A DNA stretch of 64,000 bases, from contig JBHGNT010000005.1 of NCBI GenBank assembly GCA_043228905.1, positions 18,662,001 through 18,726,000 on the forward strand, in the 5' to 3' direction. This document shows positions 1-11,560 of the stretch, piece after piece (positions within the stretch are counted from its first letter, which is position 1; every line of letters begins with the position of its first letter). Under the pieces are notes generated by a model that made no database searches, was not told the DNA's origin, and saw nothing but the letters and a program-made list of their open reading frames with translations. A program made the position numbers and the translations under genes. The stretch comes from Azolla caroliniana. Taxonomy: Eukaryota > Plantae > Polypodiophyta.

Positions 1-3
1 TCT

Positions 4-47
4 GGGCTGTCTCGGCCCCACGCCTTGGCAGCCCTCTCTAAAAATCC
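4..47 (-). promoter_or_regulatory. Candidate -1 ribosomal frameshift signal
   Basis: G_GAT_TTT heptamer (47-41), 6-nt spacer TAGAGA, then a GGGCTG...CAGCCC stem-loop. The -1 frame is open to the window edge. Confidence 0.6.
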
Positions 48-2191
48 TCCCGGTTCTCGCCACCGAGGGATTCGCGGTTTCTCTCGTGGTTCGGCCGCAC
101 CGTCAGAAATTGGACCGAATGGCGCCCGTCCTGGCTTTTGACCCTCGCGTAGGCCGACCCGTTGTCTAGCACTTTGGTCTCCATCCGCGCCGCCGTGATG
201 TATGGTTCACCTAATATGACCGGGTGCGAGGACGTCTCCTGTACGAAGAAGTGCTGGTCAATCTCGACGTCGCCGATCTTGACTCGCACGTTCGGGCAGG
301 CCCCATGCAGTTCCTCGGTGGCGCGCGTCGCCGCCCGTATCTTCCACCCGTGCTTGGTGTTGATCGGCCACTTCCCCTTCTTATAGAAGTCCATGGACAT
401 CAGGTTTATTTCCGAACCGTGGTCCACCAATGCCACCACCGGTTCCTGAACATCTCCGATCTTTACCGGGGTCTCCATGGTCGCTCGGGCCCAGTGTGGC
501 TTCGAATAGTGGCTCTCCGCCCACTCATCTGCCAGCGCCGAGTCGTCGATGTGCGTCGTCCGCACCTCTACCGGTCTTTCCGGTTCCGTCTCCGTCGACA
601 GCCTCTTCCGTTTCACCAAGTCTACAATGGAGTCGTGGAACTCCTTCTTGGCGATCCCTAGCACCTCCCGCAATGACAGCTCCACTTTGCGGTCGAGGAT
701 CTGTTCTTCTAGGACCTTTTGTAGGTTCGTAGTCCTTTCTATTTCCGTCCCCAATCGGTATCCGCCCTTCCTGGGGTTATCTTGCGAGCTGGACCCGCCG
801 GCATCGTTCCGTCGTTGCCCGAATCGGGTCTCGTACCGTTGTGAGGGCCCGGCCGCTCCGGCTTTCCCCACTAGTTTGTCTTCTACCAGAGCCTCGTAGT
901 TCCGGCAGGCGGCTTCTACGAAGCCCGTCTTCTCCTTGACCGGATCGCTCCACCCGGTTATTTCCCGGATCCGTCTCTCAGCGTGGTCTGTTTCATCTTT
1001 CCTTAGCCGTGCGCCGGCAAGACCTCCCAACATTGCCGACCAGAATCCGTCTTTGCCCTCTGTTCGGGCCTTGCTGCCCCCGACCCGAATTCCGGCCGAC
1101 GCCGAGTAGTGGATGACCTCTACGTGTCGGGCCACTGCCTCTTCCATCAGTCTCTTCATACCTCCTCGCCCGTCGTTTCGGTTCAGGGCCCTCCTGGTGT
1201 CGCCGACGTGCACCCGGCCTTCCCACAGGTACACCACCCGGTTCCTCAACGCCTCTGCGAAATCGCCGCAGTCCTTCCGAATGTGGCCGACCTCGTCACA
1301 CCACATGCAGCTGTTCCCCGCTGCCGGCCGTCGGTCACGAGCCGGTTCGCCGCCTTCCCTTCGAGTCTGGGCGATCTTGAGATCATTTATCGCCCGCGTC
1401 AACTCCTCCAGCGCTGCTCCTCCGGACGAGCCATTGACCATGCCGGTCGAAGCCGGACCGGTTTCGAGCCATTCCCGGGTTTCTTCCCTTCGTACTTGCC
1501 GTGTTGGTTCAAGCCTCCTTGCTGTGACAAACCCCGCACCGGCCGCCCCGTTGTCAGCCCATTCCCGCCGTTTATCGAAACGGCCACAAACTCTCTTAAC
1601 CGCAGCCCAGTCGGTTGTCAGCCCGTCCTCGGTTTCCAGCAAGGAGCCGACTTGGTCCCGGTCCAGCTCGTCCACCGACTTGACGAACAATAGGACCCGG
1701 CTCTTATCCAGAACAGTTCGGTCAAGCGCCGAAAGGCGCGCAAAGCGTTCTTCAAACTCCCGGAGGAGTGCCGACGCGTTTCTTCCCTTGCCGGGGGACT
1801 CCACCCATTCCATGAAGTCCCGTTTCGAAAGCCGGAGCACGTCGTCCAGCCTGTATTTTTCTAGGAGTCGGCCTTCAAACTCCTCCCAGGTACGGCTCTC
1901 CGCCCGCACCTCGAGCACCTCCGCATGGATGCTCGGCATCGCCACTCGAGGAAACCCGGCAAGACGCCTCTCTTCCGGAATGTCCCGCATCAGCATTTCT
2001 GCCCCATAGGACGCCAAATACTTCATGGCATCCTTTCCGCTGAACTGGCCGATCGTACCGACGACCGCCTCAATGGCTCTGTCGAGGGCGCCGGTGCCCT
2101 CGCGTGCACTCAATATCCGATCCACGGACGAAGCCATGGCCTCTGCAAGATCCGACCCCTTCATCTTCTGCTCTTCTGTCGCCTCCTTCAC
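38..2191 (-). CDS. gag: Gag-aspartic protease polyprotein (717 aa)
   Basis: CX2CX4HX4C knuckle (CMWCDEVGHIRKDC) and retropepsin motifs (ALVDHGSEINLM...VILGEP). First ATG at 2164. Ends GAG GAT TTT TAG. Confidence 0.9.
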   Translation of the reverse strand: MKEATEEQKMKGSDLAEAMASSVDRILSAREGTGALDRAIEAVVGTIGQFSGKDAMKYLASYGAEMLMRDIPEERRLAGFPRVAMPSIHAEVLEVRAESRTWEEFEGRLLEKYRLDDVLRLSKRDFMEWVESPGKGRNASALLREFEERFARLSALDRTVLDKSRVLLFVKSVDELDRDQVGSLLETEDGLTTDWAAVKRVCGRFDKRREWADNGAAGAGFVTARRLEPTRQVRREETREWLETGPASTGMVNGSSGGAALEELTRAINDLKIAQTRREGGEPARDRRPAAGNSCMWCDEVGHIRKDCGDFAEALRNRVVYLWEGRVHVGDTRRALNRNDGRGGMKRLMEEAVARHVEVIHYSASAGIRVGGSKARTEGKDGFWSAMLGGLAGARLRKDETDHAERRIREITGWSDPVKEKTGFVEAACRNYEALVEDKLVGKAGAAGPSQRYETRFGQRRNDAGGSSSQDNPRKGGYRLGTEIERTTNLQKVLEEQILDRKVELSLREVLGIAKKEFHDSIVDLVKRKRLSTETEPERPVEVRTTHIDDSALADEWAESHYSKPHWARATMETPVKIGDVQEPVVALVDHGSEINLMSMDFYKKGKWPINTKHGWKIRAATRATEELHGACPNVRVKIGDVEIDQHFFVQETSSHPVILGEPYITAARMETKVLDNGSAYARVKSQDGRHSVQFLTVRPNHERNRESLGGENREDF

Positions 2192-2204
2192 GTCGGGTTC
2201 ACCA
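2187..2204 (-). promoter_or_regulatory. Primer binding site complementary to tRNA-Trp
   Basis: TGGTGAACCCGACGTGAA is the reverse complement of the plant tRNA-Trp 3' end TTCACGTCGGGTTCACCA (recalled sequence). Confidence 0.85.
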
Positions 2205-2207
2205 AGA

Positions 2208-2844
2208 TGTCGAGGTATTCCTCGCGGATGCGTGGAATGAGGCGGAACCTCGGGGGTCCTGTACCAAAGAGCAAGAGAGGAAGGAGAAGAGACCCCCTAC
2301 GTGCGAGTGTAGATCCACAGGGACACGACCCTTCGACACAAAGACGCAAGCGGGACAGCGACACAGAAAGACACGAATGTATGTATGTATTAACAAAGAC
2401 AAACAACAAGAACACGAAGACAACAAAACACGAAGTCGGTTACAACCGAGCAGGCCGACGGACAGATGTCGATACCCGCTCGTAAACGCACAGAGAGGAA
2501 GGAGTAGTTTGGAGGTGCTGCCGGAAGCATTCGGGCATTCCTCAGAGCAGCGCGAGCCTCCCGAAACCTGCACAGAAGGAAGCTATGGCGTTTGCAAACC
2601 AGAGAGAGAGAGAGAAGCCTTCGCGCGCAAACCAACAACACTTCGTCCTCGACTCTCCGTGATGCTTCGCCCCTCCTCGTCTCCCTCCTTTTATAGGCAA
2701 GGAAGGAGCCGTTTCCCCCTTTACTTCCTACCTACCGAATCTTCCTAGGATCTCCTATGTACAACATAAGGCACCCGTGCATGAAGAGTCGGTTTCTACG
2801 CTCCGGTGCACCGATTCCGCTTGTGGACGGTTTTCTTCACGACA
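2208..2844 (-). repeat. 5' LTR (637 bp)
   Basis: Inverted termini TGTCG/CGACA, TATA-like TATAAAA near 2690, PBS 3 nt from the LTR end. Confidence 0.85.
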
Positions 2845-5800
2845 ACGTCCAGCTTGTCAATTGTCAACACCTTGGTCAACATATTTGACCCGTTCTCCTC
2901 CACGTGGATCTTTGTCAGCACGAACTCTTGATCTTCTACTCTCTCCCGGATCTAGTGGTACCTCTGATGGATATGTTTTGTCCGGGAATGGTAGAACATG
3001 TTCTTTGCAAGGTGGATGGCACTTTGACTTTCGTAGTAAAGACAATATTCCTCTTGCTGGATCCCTAGCTCTCCGATGAAGTCCTTCATCCAGATTATCT
3101 CCTTGCCGACTTCTACAACTGCCATGTACTCCACCTCCGTAGTTGACAACGCAACCGTCTTCTGCAGCCCCGACTGCCATGAAACAGCTCCTCTTCCATA
3201 AGTCATGACATATCCGGATGTAGACCGGTTGGTATCCGCATCAGCCGACATATCCGAATCCGTGAATCCGTCAAGTTGGGGATTACCCGATGCCGAACCA
3301 GAGGCACATACTCAAGGTGCCTTTCAGATACTGGAGTATTCACTTGACCACGATCTAGTGCTCTCTTCTAGGATTGCTCATGAACTGACTAACTACTCCT
3401 ACAACATAACCGGTGTCCGACCGGGTACACACCATCGCATACATCAAGCTCCCGACGTCAAAGGCATATGGTATCTTCATCATATCCGTCTTCTCTGCCT
3501 TTGTCTTCGGGTTTTGCTTTCCTTACAACTTGCAATTTGCTGGAAGTGTCGATCTGACCCGTTTCGCCTCCGACATGTTTGTAAACGATTACTTGCGGAA
3601 GTGTTAGAAAACAGAGAAAGTAGTGAATACACAGAGTACACGGGAGAGATAGAGAGAGCAGAACGTAAAAACTATATTCAAAACAATATAATCACTCTAT
3701 CTTTATAACTGTGCTTAGTAGCACTATTTATGCAAGTCCTCGTGGGACTGACAGAAGTACCGCGTACTTCAATGCTCACACGAGCATCTAACACTTACTA
3801 CGAGACTATAACTGCCTAGTAGTCTAAACTAATACTAGGCTTCCGATTACCGATTGGATCCGGCTAACCGGCTCTCTAGCTCACCGGTTCTGTTGCTTGC
3901 CGACTCGGTTGCTCATGGCTTACTGGTCCGTCTCGCTTGCCGGCTCAGGCTTATTTAGCCGATTCGGCTTTAATTGAGCTTGCCACTCGGTTGCTCCGCG
4001 ATGGCATTGACTTCCGTTGCATCCGTGTTTGCTTGGCCTTGTATTGATCCAGTTCTTCTGAATCTGTCTGTTGAACCGAATCGACTGTCTCCGATTCGTT
4101 CCAGCTCTTGTCCGAATCGGTTGCTCTTGATTCGTCTTCTGGTTCCAAGCCCTTCACCACATCGGACCATGTTCGGGTCTTGGCCTTCTTCCTTCGGTCG
4201 GCTCTGTTAACTCTGTCCTTCTTGACTCTGCCGCCACTGCCGCTTGTTCCGACTTGTTCGGACATGTCGACTTCCCTTGTCAACTCAACTCCTTTTTTCT
4301 TCTTGACTCTCCCTTCGTCGGTTCTTCCCTCACCGGCGCAATCGGCAGTCTCTTTGCCTTTGCGCAATAATCTGGCCCTCTTCCTCTATGAAGCACCCAA
4401 GGTGCGGAAACCGCACCTACATCCCCTGGTCGACGATCTGTCCGACCGACACCAGGTTCTTCGTGATTGTCGGAATGTGTAATATGTTCATAAGCTTCCC
4501 CTTTTGTCCGACGTGGCTCAAAGGGACTTCTCCGACGTGCACAATTGGGTGAGGAGTGTCGTCTCCGGTTTCGACTACTCCTAGTGGATCCGGTTTCTCC
4601 ATCGCACCAGAATCAACATACCGCACTTCCTCTAATTTGGAAGTGGTCTTCTTCATCGAATTCGCCTCGTGCTTCATCACCATGGCTGGCCCGTTACCGT
4701 TCTTGGATCCTCCCAATCCCTTCGCGTAGTGCGAGCTTTGCCGGCCATCCTTGCCGGCCTTGCTGGATCTGGATTTGTCCGAATCGGCACGTTTTCTCCA
4801 GCACTCGCTTTCTCTGTGGCCCTTTTTGCCACAGTACCAGCATTCCGTTGCAGTCTTCTCTTGCCGTCTTCCGATGCCGCCATGACTCCCCCTGCTCTCG
4901 GAGGGTCCGGAACTGCTGTGGGTACGTTCTCTGTGCCTTTGTTCCTAGTCTTGCCGGCCGCCTCCATTGCGTGCCGACCCGCCTCGTCTACCACACCCAT
5001 GGGACCGATCCGCTTCCGTGTACAACATCCGGCTGTCATTGGGTGCACTAGTTGACGCACCGGCGTGGTTCTCCTCTACATGGAGCATCGACTGTAAGTC
5101 GAAAAATGACGGCGTATTCTCCCTTGTACATATTGCCGTTTGGAATGCTCTGAACTTAGACGCCAGGCCCCCAAGACAGACCTGTACCATCTCGTCTTCC
5201 TCTATGGTAACGTTGATAGAGGCAGGCGAGTCACAGATCTCTTTGATCTGGGCCGTGTAATCCGCCACCGACATGTCCTTCTGTCGGACATTGCTCAACT
5301 CCTGTCAGAGTTGCAGCTTCCGGGCTGTGGTACTTGCAGTGAAAACCTTCTTCAGGTTTCCCCAAGCCTCTTTCGGCGTCTTGGCGTCTCGGATGTGGCT
5401 CAGTAGCTGGTCTTCGACATTGGACACGAAGCATTACATCACTCTGCTTGCCGATTGTTCCCACACTGGGAATTCCTTATGTGCCGCATCAGGTGCTATT
5501 TCGTTGGCTCCTTCGATGAAACTCCAGTAGCCATGCGCAAGCAGGTACTGGTGCATCTTGTACGACCAAGATGCGTAGTTGGATCTGTCGAGTTTCTCCA
5601 CAGGGAGCGAGCTAGCCATCCCTCTATCCATCACTTCTCTGTTTGTTGTTCTTACGACCTATTAGGGTTTGCTTTCAAGCGTTTGTCGGTTGCAGAGGTT
5701 CTCAACCCTCACGCTCTGATACCATGTAAACGATTACTTGCGGAAGCGTTAGAAAACAGAGAAAGTAGTGAATACACAGAGTACACGGGAGAGACAGAGA

Positions 5801-7700
5801 GAGCAGAACGTAAAAGCTATATTCAAAACAATATAATCACTTTGTCTTTACAACTGTGCTCAGTAGCACTATTTATACAAGTCCTCGTGGGACTAACAGA
5901 AGTACCGCGTACTTCAATGCTCACACGAGCATCTAACACTTACTACGAGACTATAACTGCTTAGTAGTCTAAACTAATACTAGGCTTCCGGTTACCGATT
6001 GGATCCGGCTAACCGGCCCCCTAGCTCACCGGTTCTGTTGCTTGCCGGCTCGGTTGCTCACGGCTTACCGGTCCGTCTCACTTGCTGGCTCAGGCTTATT
6101 CAGCCGATCCGGCTTCAGTTGAGCTTGCCGCTGAACAATGTTGAAGCTTTGAAGCACCTTTGTCACATACTTCTCATGTGACAACCACAACAGCTTCTTC
6201 GACCGGTATCGGATGATATGCGTTCCCAATATTTGCCTTGCCGAACCCAAGTCTTTCATTGAGAAGGTTTAGTTCAAAGCCTTCTTCAGCATCCGGATAT
6301 TGCCTTGGTCTCGTCCGACGATCAACATATCATCCACATATAGGAGACGTATTAGGAAATCTCCTCTGTCAAATTTCTGCACAAACATGCAGTGATCGGC
6401 TTGTGTTTTGTGGTACCCTTGGTCAGTCATGAAGGAGTCGAACTTCTAGTACCATTGCCGGGGGGCTTGCTTCAGTTTGTATAGGCTCTTCTTCAGCCGA
6501 CACACCAGGTGCTCCTTCCCTTTCCTCTCAAATCCTTCCGGTTGGTGCATGTAGATCTCTTCTTTGAGGTCGCCATGTAGGAATGCAGTCTTGACATCCA
6601 GTTGCTCTATCTCGAGGTCCATGCTTGCCGCTATGCTCAATATTCCTTTCTTCTGCTGGAAGCCCTTCACCACAATCTGGGCTTTGTACCTTGGTGGATT
6701 TTCGGTGTCTACTGGTTTCAGTTTGTACACCCACTTGTTTCGGAGTGCTCTCTTCCCTTTCGGCAACTCCGTCAATTCATTCGTGTGGTTCTCATGCAGG
6801 AAATCCATCTCATCCTGCATGGCACTCAACCACTCGCGGCTATGGGTGTCTCTCTTTGCTTCTTCGAAGCTTTCCGGCTCCCCCTCATCGGTTAGCAACA
6901 CATGCTCTGCATCCAGAAATCTCCAGGGGGCTCTTCTCTCTTCGGAGATGATATCTCCGTCCTTGGTTTCTAACTACCGGTTCCTCTGCTTGTTCCTCAT
7001 CCAAATCTAATTCAAGATCTTGTCCGGTTCCAGTGTCTTCTTCTTCTTCTTCGGTCGGTTTGGTTTCTTGTCCGTATCCGGCCGGTTCGTCGAGTGTCAT
7101 CCAGTTACCGGCTAACATGCGGTTTTCAACCGAGCCGGTTTTCATTGGATGATCCGCAGTTCATCACCTTCTTCTCCAACTCCCAGTCGGCAATGGTCTT
7201 GTCTTCCATGAAGACTATGTCCCGACTCCAAAACACCTTCTTGTCGACTAGATCCCACATCTAGTAACCAAACTCATCATAGCCGTATCCAAGGAATATG
7301 CATTGTTTGGACTTCGTATCCAGCTTTCCTCTCTTGTCCTTTGCAACAGGCACATAGGCAAGACACCCGAACACCTTTAGATGCCGGTAAGATACATCTT
7401 TATCGGTCCATACTTTCTGAGGCGAGTCTCCTTCCAAGGGTGCTGAAGGTGATCTATTTATCGCATAGGTTGCCGTCGTCAGCGCCTCAACCCAAAACGT
7501 CTTGGGTAACTTTGCATGTGCTAGTATGCTCCAGACTCTCTCCATTATGGTCTGGTTCATCCTTTCGACCAACCCATTTAGTTCCGACGTCTTCGGCACA
7601 ATAAACTCGAGCTGGATTCCCTTCGACTGACAATACTCCTCGAATTGCCCCCGGTATTCTCCTCCATTGTCACCTCGAATCGCCTTCAGCATCGTGCCCA
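2845..7700 (-). mobile_element. Degenerate Ty1/copia pol (IN-RT-RNase H), Tnt1/Tork-like, interrupted by the 3580-6137 insertion
   Basis: Fragments [33 protein letters not shown] and ALSTTEVEY, with stops and frameshifts. Paralogous to 23151-26075. Confidence 0.9.
3580..6137 (-). mobile_element. Non-autonomous copia carrying gag and protease only (TR-GAG-like), 2.56 kb
   Basis: TSD ATGTT (3575-3579 and 6138-6142). LTRs 3580-~3987 and 5725-6137. PBS TGGTATCAGAGC at 5713-5724. Gag (KLDRSNYASW) and protease (YVDSGA...TKNLVSVGQI) fragments; no IN or RT. Confidence 0.85.
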
Positions 7701-7964
7701 TCCAGGTCTGGAACACTAATACAACCTTGCTGATTCCAAACTATTTTTCATTTCCCCTTCGGTCCCGGTCCACAAACACTTTCCGTCTTCTTTGCTCTAG
7801 TTCCATTTGTAGTACACTGGTTATCCAGTGCTTTTCTAATTCACATAAAGTTGCCAGCCAAATATTTTCCGATTCCTTCTCGCTTAACCATTCCCGAACT
7901 TGTATGTTAGAGTTATGATCTAAAGTAAGCATATGATAAGGATAAAAGATAGATAGATAGAGAG

Positions 7965-8013
<49 letters not shown>

Positions 8014-8399
8014 GTGTCGATCCACCCGACCACCCCCGAGCGAAGAGATCGAGACAGACTCGAGCCTCGATTGGCGTCCCATACCACCGTCGTGGCGTTG
8101 AGTCGTACCTGGTGCTGGCGCGCTCGCTACAAGAGTTGACCCACCACGAAACAGAGTCTCGACGTAGTCAAGATATGATGAAATAAGGGTAGCTAGGCCT
8201 CATATTTATAGCGATACCCAAGGTCCCCAGGCAAGTTCACACTTGGGCTAATGGGTTGTCTCAATCCCGAGGATTAAAAGTAATCCTCCCCTTCTTTACA
8301 CTCTCGTTTAACCCTCACACTTATCCACGTGTATAGATTACTATGGTAAATTCTCACCACGGGATATTATATGGTCATGCCCGTAACATACTCCCCTCT

Positions 8400-11300
8400 T
8401 TAAAACATTGCACTCTTGCAATGGAAAGTTAGGGAAGTTAGTTCTAAGAGTATTTTCGCGTTCCTATGTGGCATCTTTATAGATTTATCCATCCATTTAA
8501 TTTTAAATTCTCGGATTATTTTAGTACGCAGATTTTTTGTTTTAACATCGAGGATTCTTTTTGGTACATGTGGTTTAGAATATAATTCTTTAGAAGTAAC
8601 TAGAGTTTCAGTGGTAACTGTGTTGTCGCCAAAACCGTGAAGTTCTTTTAGATGACTTACATGAAAAACTGGATGGATTTCAACACCATCGGGAAGAGTG
8701 AGACGATAGGCTTGAAAAGGTCCACAAAACTGTGGGGCTAACTTAATGCACTTACCTGTAGACAATGTCTTAGAATTGTGCGGTACACGTAAAAATACCT
8801 TTTGTCCAGGGTTGAATACACGAGGTAGCCTATTATGATCAACGTAAAAATACGCTCTATCTTGAGTTGTTTTTATATTATCTCGTGCAATATGCAACAT
8901 ATTTTGTATATCTCGAAGAAATTTTTGCGTACTTCGCAACTCATCATGATGTATATTAAGAGGAATCGGGGCTCGTGGCTAAAAACCATACATCAACATA
9001 AAAGGACTATATCCCGTCGACGTATGCTTGGAGCTGTTATAAGCAAACTCCAAAATTGGGAGATAACGTTCCCATTTTGTTGGTTTTGCACCAACGTATG
9101 CTCGAAGCATGTCCTCAATAATTTGATTTACTCGTTCTGTCTGTCCATCGGATTGAGGATGATCCGTGGAGCTCATGCTCAATGTAGTTTCTAACTTATT
9201 AAAGATTTGCGTCCAAAAGTCACTAGTAAACTTTGGATCTCGATCACTCACGATATCCATCGATAACCCATAAAAACGAAATAACTTGTCAACAAATTGG
9301 TAAGCCAATTCAGGAGTTGTTACCATGGTTTTAGTAGCAATAAACCTGGCCATTTTAGTTAGTCTATCAACCACAACCTAGATGGTATCATGGCCTTTTT
9401 GGGTGCGACGAAGGCTAACAATAAAATCCATGGATATACGTTCCCACTTATTAATGGGAATGTCCGAGGGATGTAAAAGTCCGGTGGCTTTAACTCGCTC
9501 GTCTTTGTTAACCTAACATTGGTGACATTTAGTCACATAGTTATGTATGTCATGACGGATCTTAGGCCAATAGAATTTAGTGGAGATGAGAACGAGTGTA
9601 TGATGTATTCCAAGGTGCCCTGGTGAGAGTGCATCATGGCTTTCAAAAAGAATTCTCTTTTTGACCTCAAGCAAATCTGGAACACAATCCTTCCCATCAC
9701 GGTAAAGCAGACCGTTAGCAATGTGGAAGGATTCCTTCGAGGATGTGGTGGTGTCAGTTCTAGACTCAACTCTTGCCCATTATTTTGCAAAATAACTGTC
9801 ATCAGGATACTTCCCTCGAAGGAGATCATAAAGATATGATGTTATTTTAGTGAGGCTAAGCATGTTAACTTCACGGATGCGACTTAGTGCATCAACGACA
9901 GTGTTCATAGAACCTTTACGATATCAGATGGGAAAATCAAAGTCTTGGATGAGATCAGCCCACCGTGCCTTACGACCTTTGAGGTATTGTTGGTCACAAA
10001 AATATTTCAAGGACTCGTGGTCCGTAGTTACCACAAAAGGATTTCCATAAAGATAATGGCACCATGTTTTGAGCGCATGTATAACTGCAAACAACTCCTT
10101 TTCTTGAACAGTATACTGACATTGAGTAGAATCAAGTTCCTTACTCTCGAATGCTATTGGTTTACCATCTTGATATAAGACAACACCTATAGCATAATCG
10201 CTTGCATCAGTTTCAACCTCAAAAGGTTTTGAAGGATGAGGTAAAAGAAGCGAAGGAGCCTTGCATACCAGGTCCTTAAGTTCCTTAAAGGCGAAGTCTA
10301 GTGTAGCATTCCACACAATAGATTTTGTAGACTTATGCGTTTGACCTTTTAGAAGATCAGTAAACAACGTCGTCAACTGGGAGTAGTTACGAAGGGATTT
10401 TCACAAAAACCCGACAAAACCAAGGAATGATCGAACTTCTCGAATATTCCAAAGAGTGGGCCAAAAATTGATTTTCTTAATGCGAGAAGGATCAATTTCA
10501 ACTCCTCGTTCGGTTATGAGATGTCCAAGATAAGTAATTGATTTCTTGAAGAACTCGCATTTCGAGAATTCTCTTTTTGACCTCAGGCAAATATGGAACA
10601 CAAACCTTCCCATTACGGTAGAGTAGACTGTTAGCGATGTGGAAGTATTCCTTCGAGGATGTGGTGGTGTCTGTTCCAGACTCAACTCTTGCCCAATATT
10701 TCACAAAATAACTGTCATCATGATACTTTGCTCGAACGTGACAATAAAGATCTGATGTTATTTCAGTGAAGATTAGTGCATCAGTGACAATGTTCATGGA
10801 CCCTTTACGATATCGTATGGAAAAATCAAAGTCTCGGATGAGATCAGCCCATCGTGCCTTACGACTTTTCAGGTCTTGTTGGTCACAAAAATATTTGAAG
10901 GACACATGGTCCGTAGTTATTACAAAACGATTTCCATAAAGATAATGGCGCCATGTTCTTGAATGGTATACCGAGATTAAGCAGAATCAAGTTTTTTACT
11001 CTCGAATTCTATTGGTTTACCATCTTGATATAAGACAACACCTATAGCATAATCACTTGCATCAGTTTCAACCTCAAAAGGTTTTGAAGGATCAGGTAAA
11101 AGAAGTGAAGGAACCTTGCACACCATGTCCTTGAGTTCCTCAAAGGTGAGGTCTAGTGTAACATTCCACACAATAGATTTTGTAGACTTACGCATTTGAC
11201 CTTTTAGAAGATCAGTAAATGGGGTGGTCAATGGGGAGTAATTACGAAGGGATTTTCGTAAAAACCCAACAAAAACAAGGAATGATCGAACTTCTCGAAT

Positions 11301-11560
11301 ATTTCGAAGAGTGGGCGAAAGTTTGATTTTCTCGATCGAGAAGGATCAATTTCACCTCCTTGTTCGGTTATGAGATGTCCAAGATAAGTAATTGATTTCT
11401 TGAAGAACTCGCATTTTGAGATCTTCGTGTAGAATAGCTTGTCGCGCAATGTTTGTAAAACAAAGCGGATATGTTTAGCATGTTCTTCTAATGTACGACT
11501 GTAAACTAAAATATCATCCAAGAAAATAACGATAAATTTTCCAAGTTGTTCTCGGATCTT
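8400..11560 (-). pseudogene. pol: pol remnant of copy A (RT end, RNase H, integrase, chromodomain-like C-terminus)
   Basis: Motifs FLDDILVYS, ETDASDYAIG, IHPVFHVSHLK and RILDVK...EFKIKW, with many stops and frameshifts. Confidence 0.9.
9650..11420 (-). repeat. Diverged tandem duplication (~0.9 kb units) of the RT end-RNase H-IN start block
   Basis: Paired ORFs 9924-10376 and 10977-11231. KCEFFKKSITYLGH occurs twice. Junction near 10565. Confidence 0.85.

Larger units (their letters stand above)
1..2844 (-). mobile_element. Ty3/gypsy LTR retrotransposon, tRNA-Trp-primed lineage (5' part; continues past the left window edge)
   Basis: 5' LTR 2208-2844 with TGTCG...CGACA termini, PBS 2187-2204 and an intact gag-protease ORF. 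Inserted into a copia RNase H end, with flank ACGT at 2845-2848. Confidence 0.9.

Noticed and set aside
2187-2204. tRNA-Trp gene (also 31220-31237)
   Set aside because: Only the 3' 18 nt including CCA are present, next to an LTR, so this is a PBS.
162-2748. Long plus-strand ORFs (up to 298 aa)
   Set aside because: They are antisense shadows of GC-rich gag, or LTR read-through, with no motifs.
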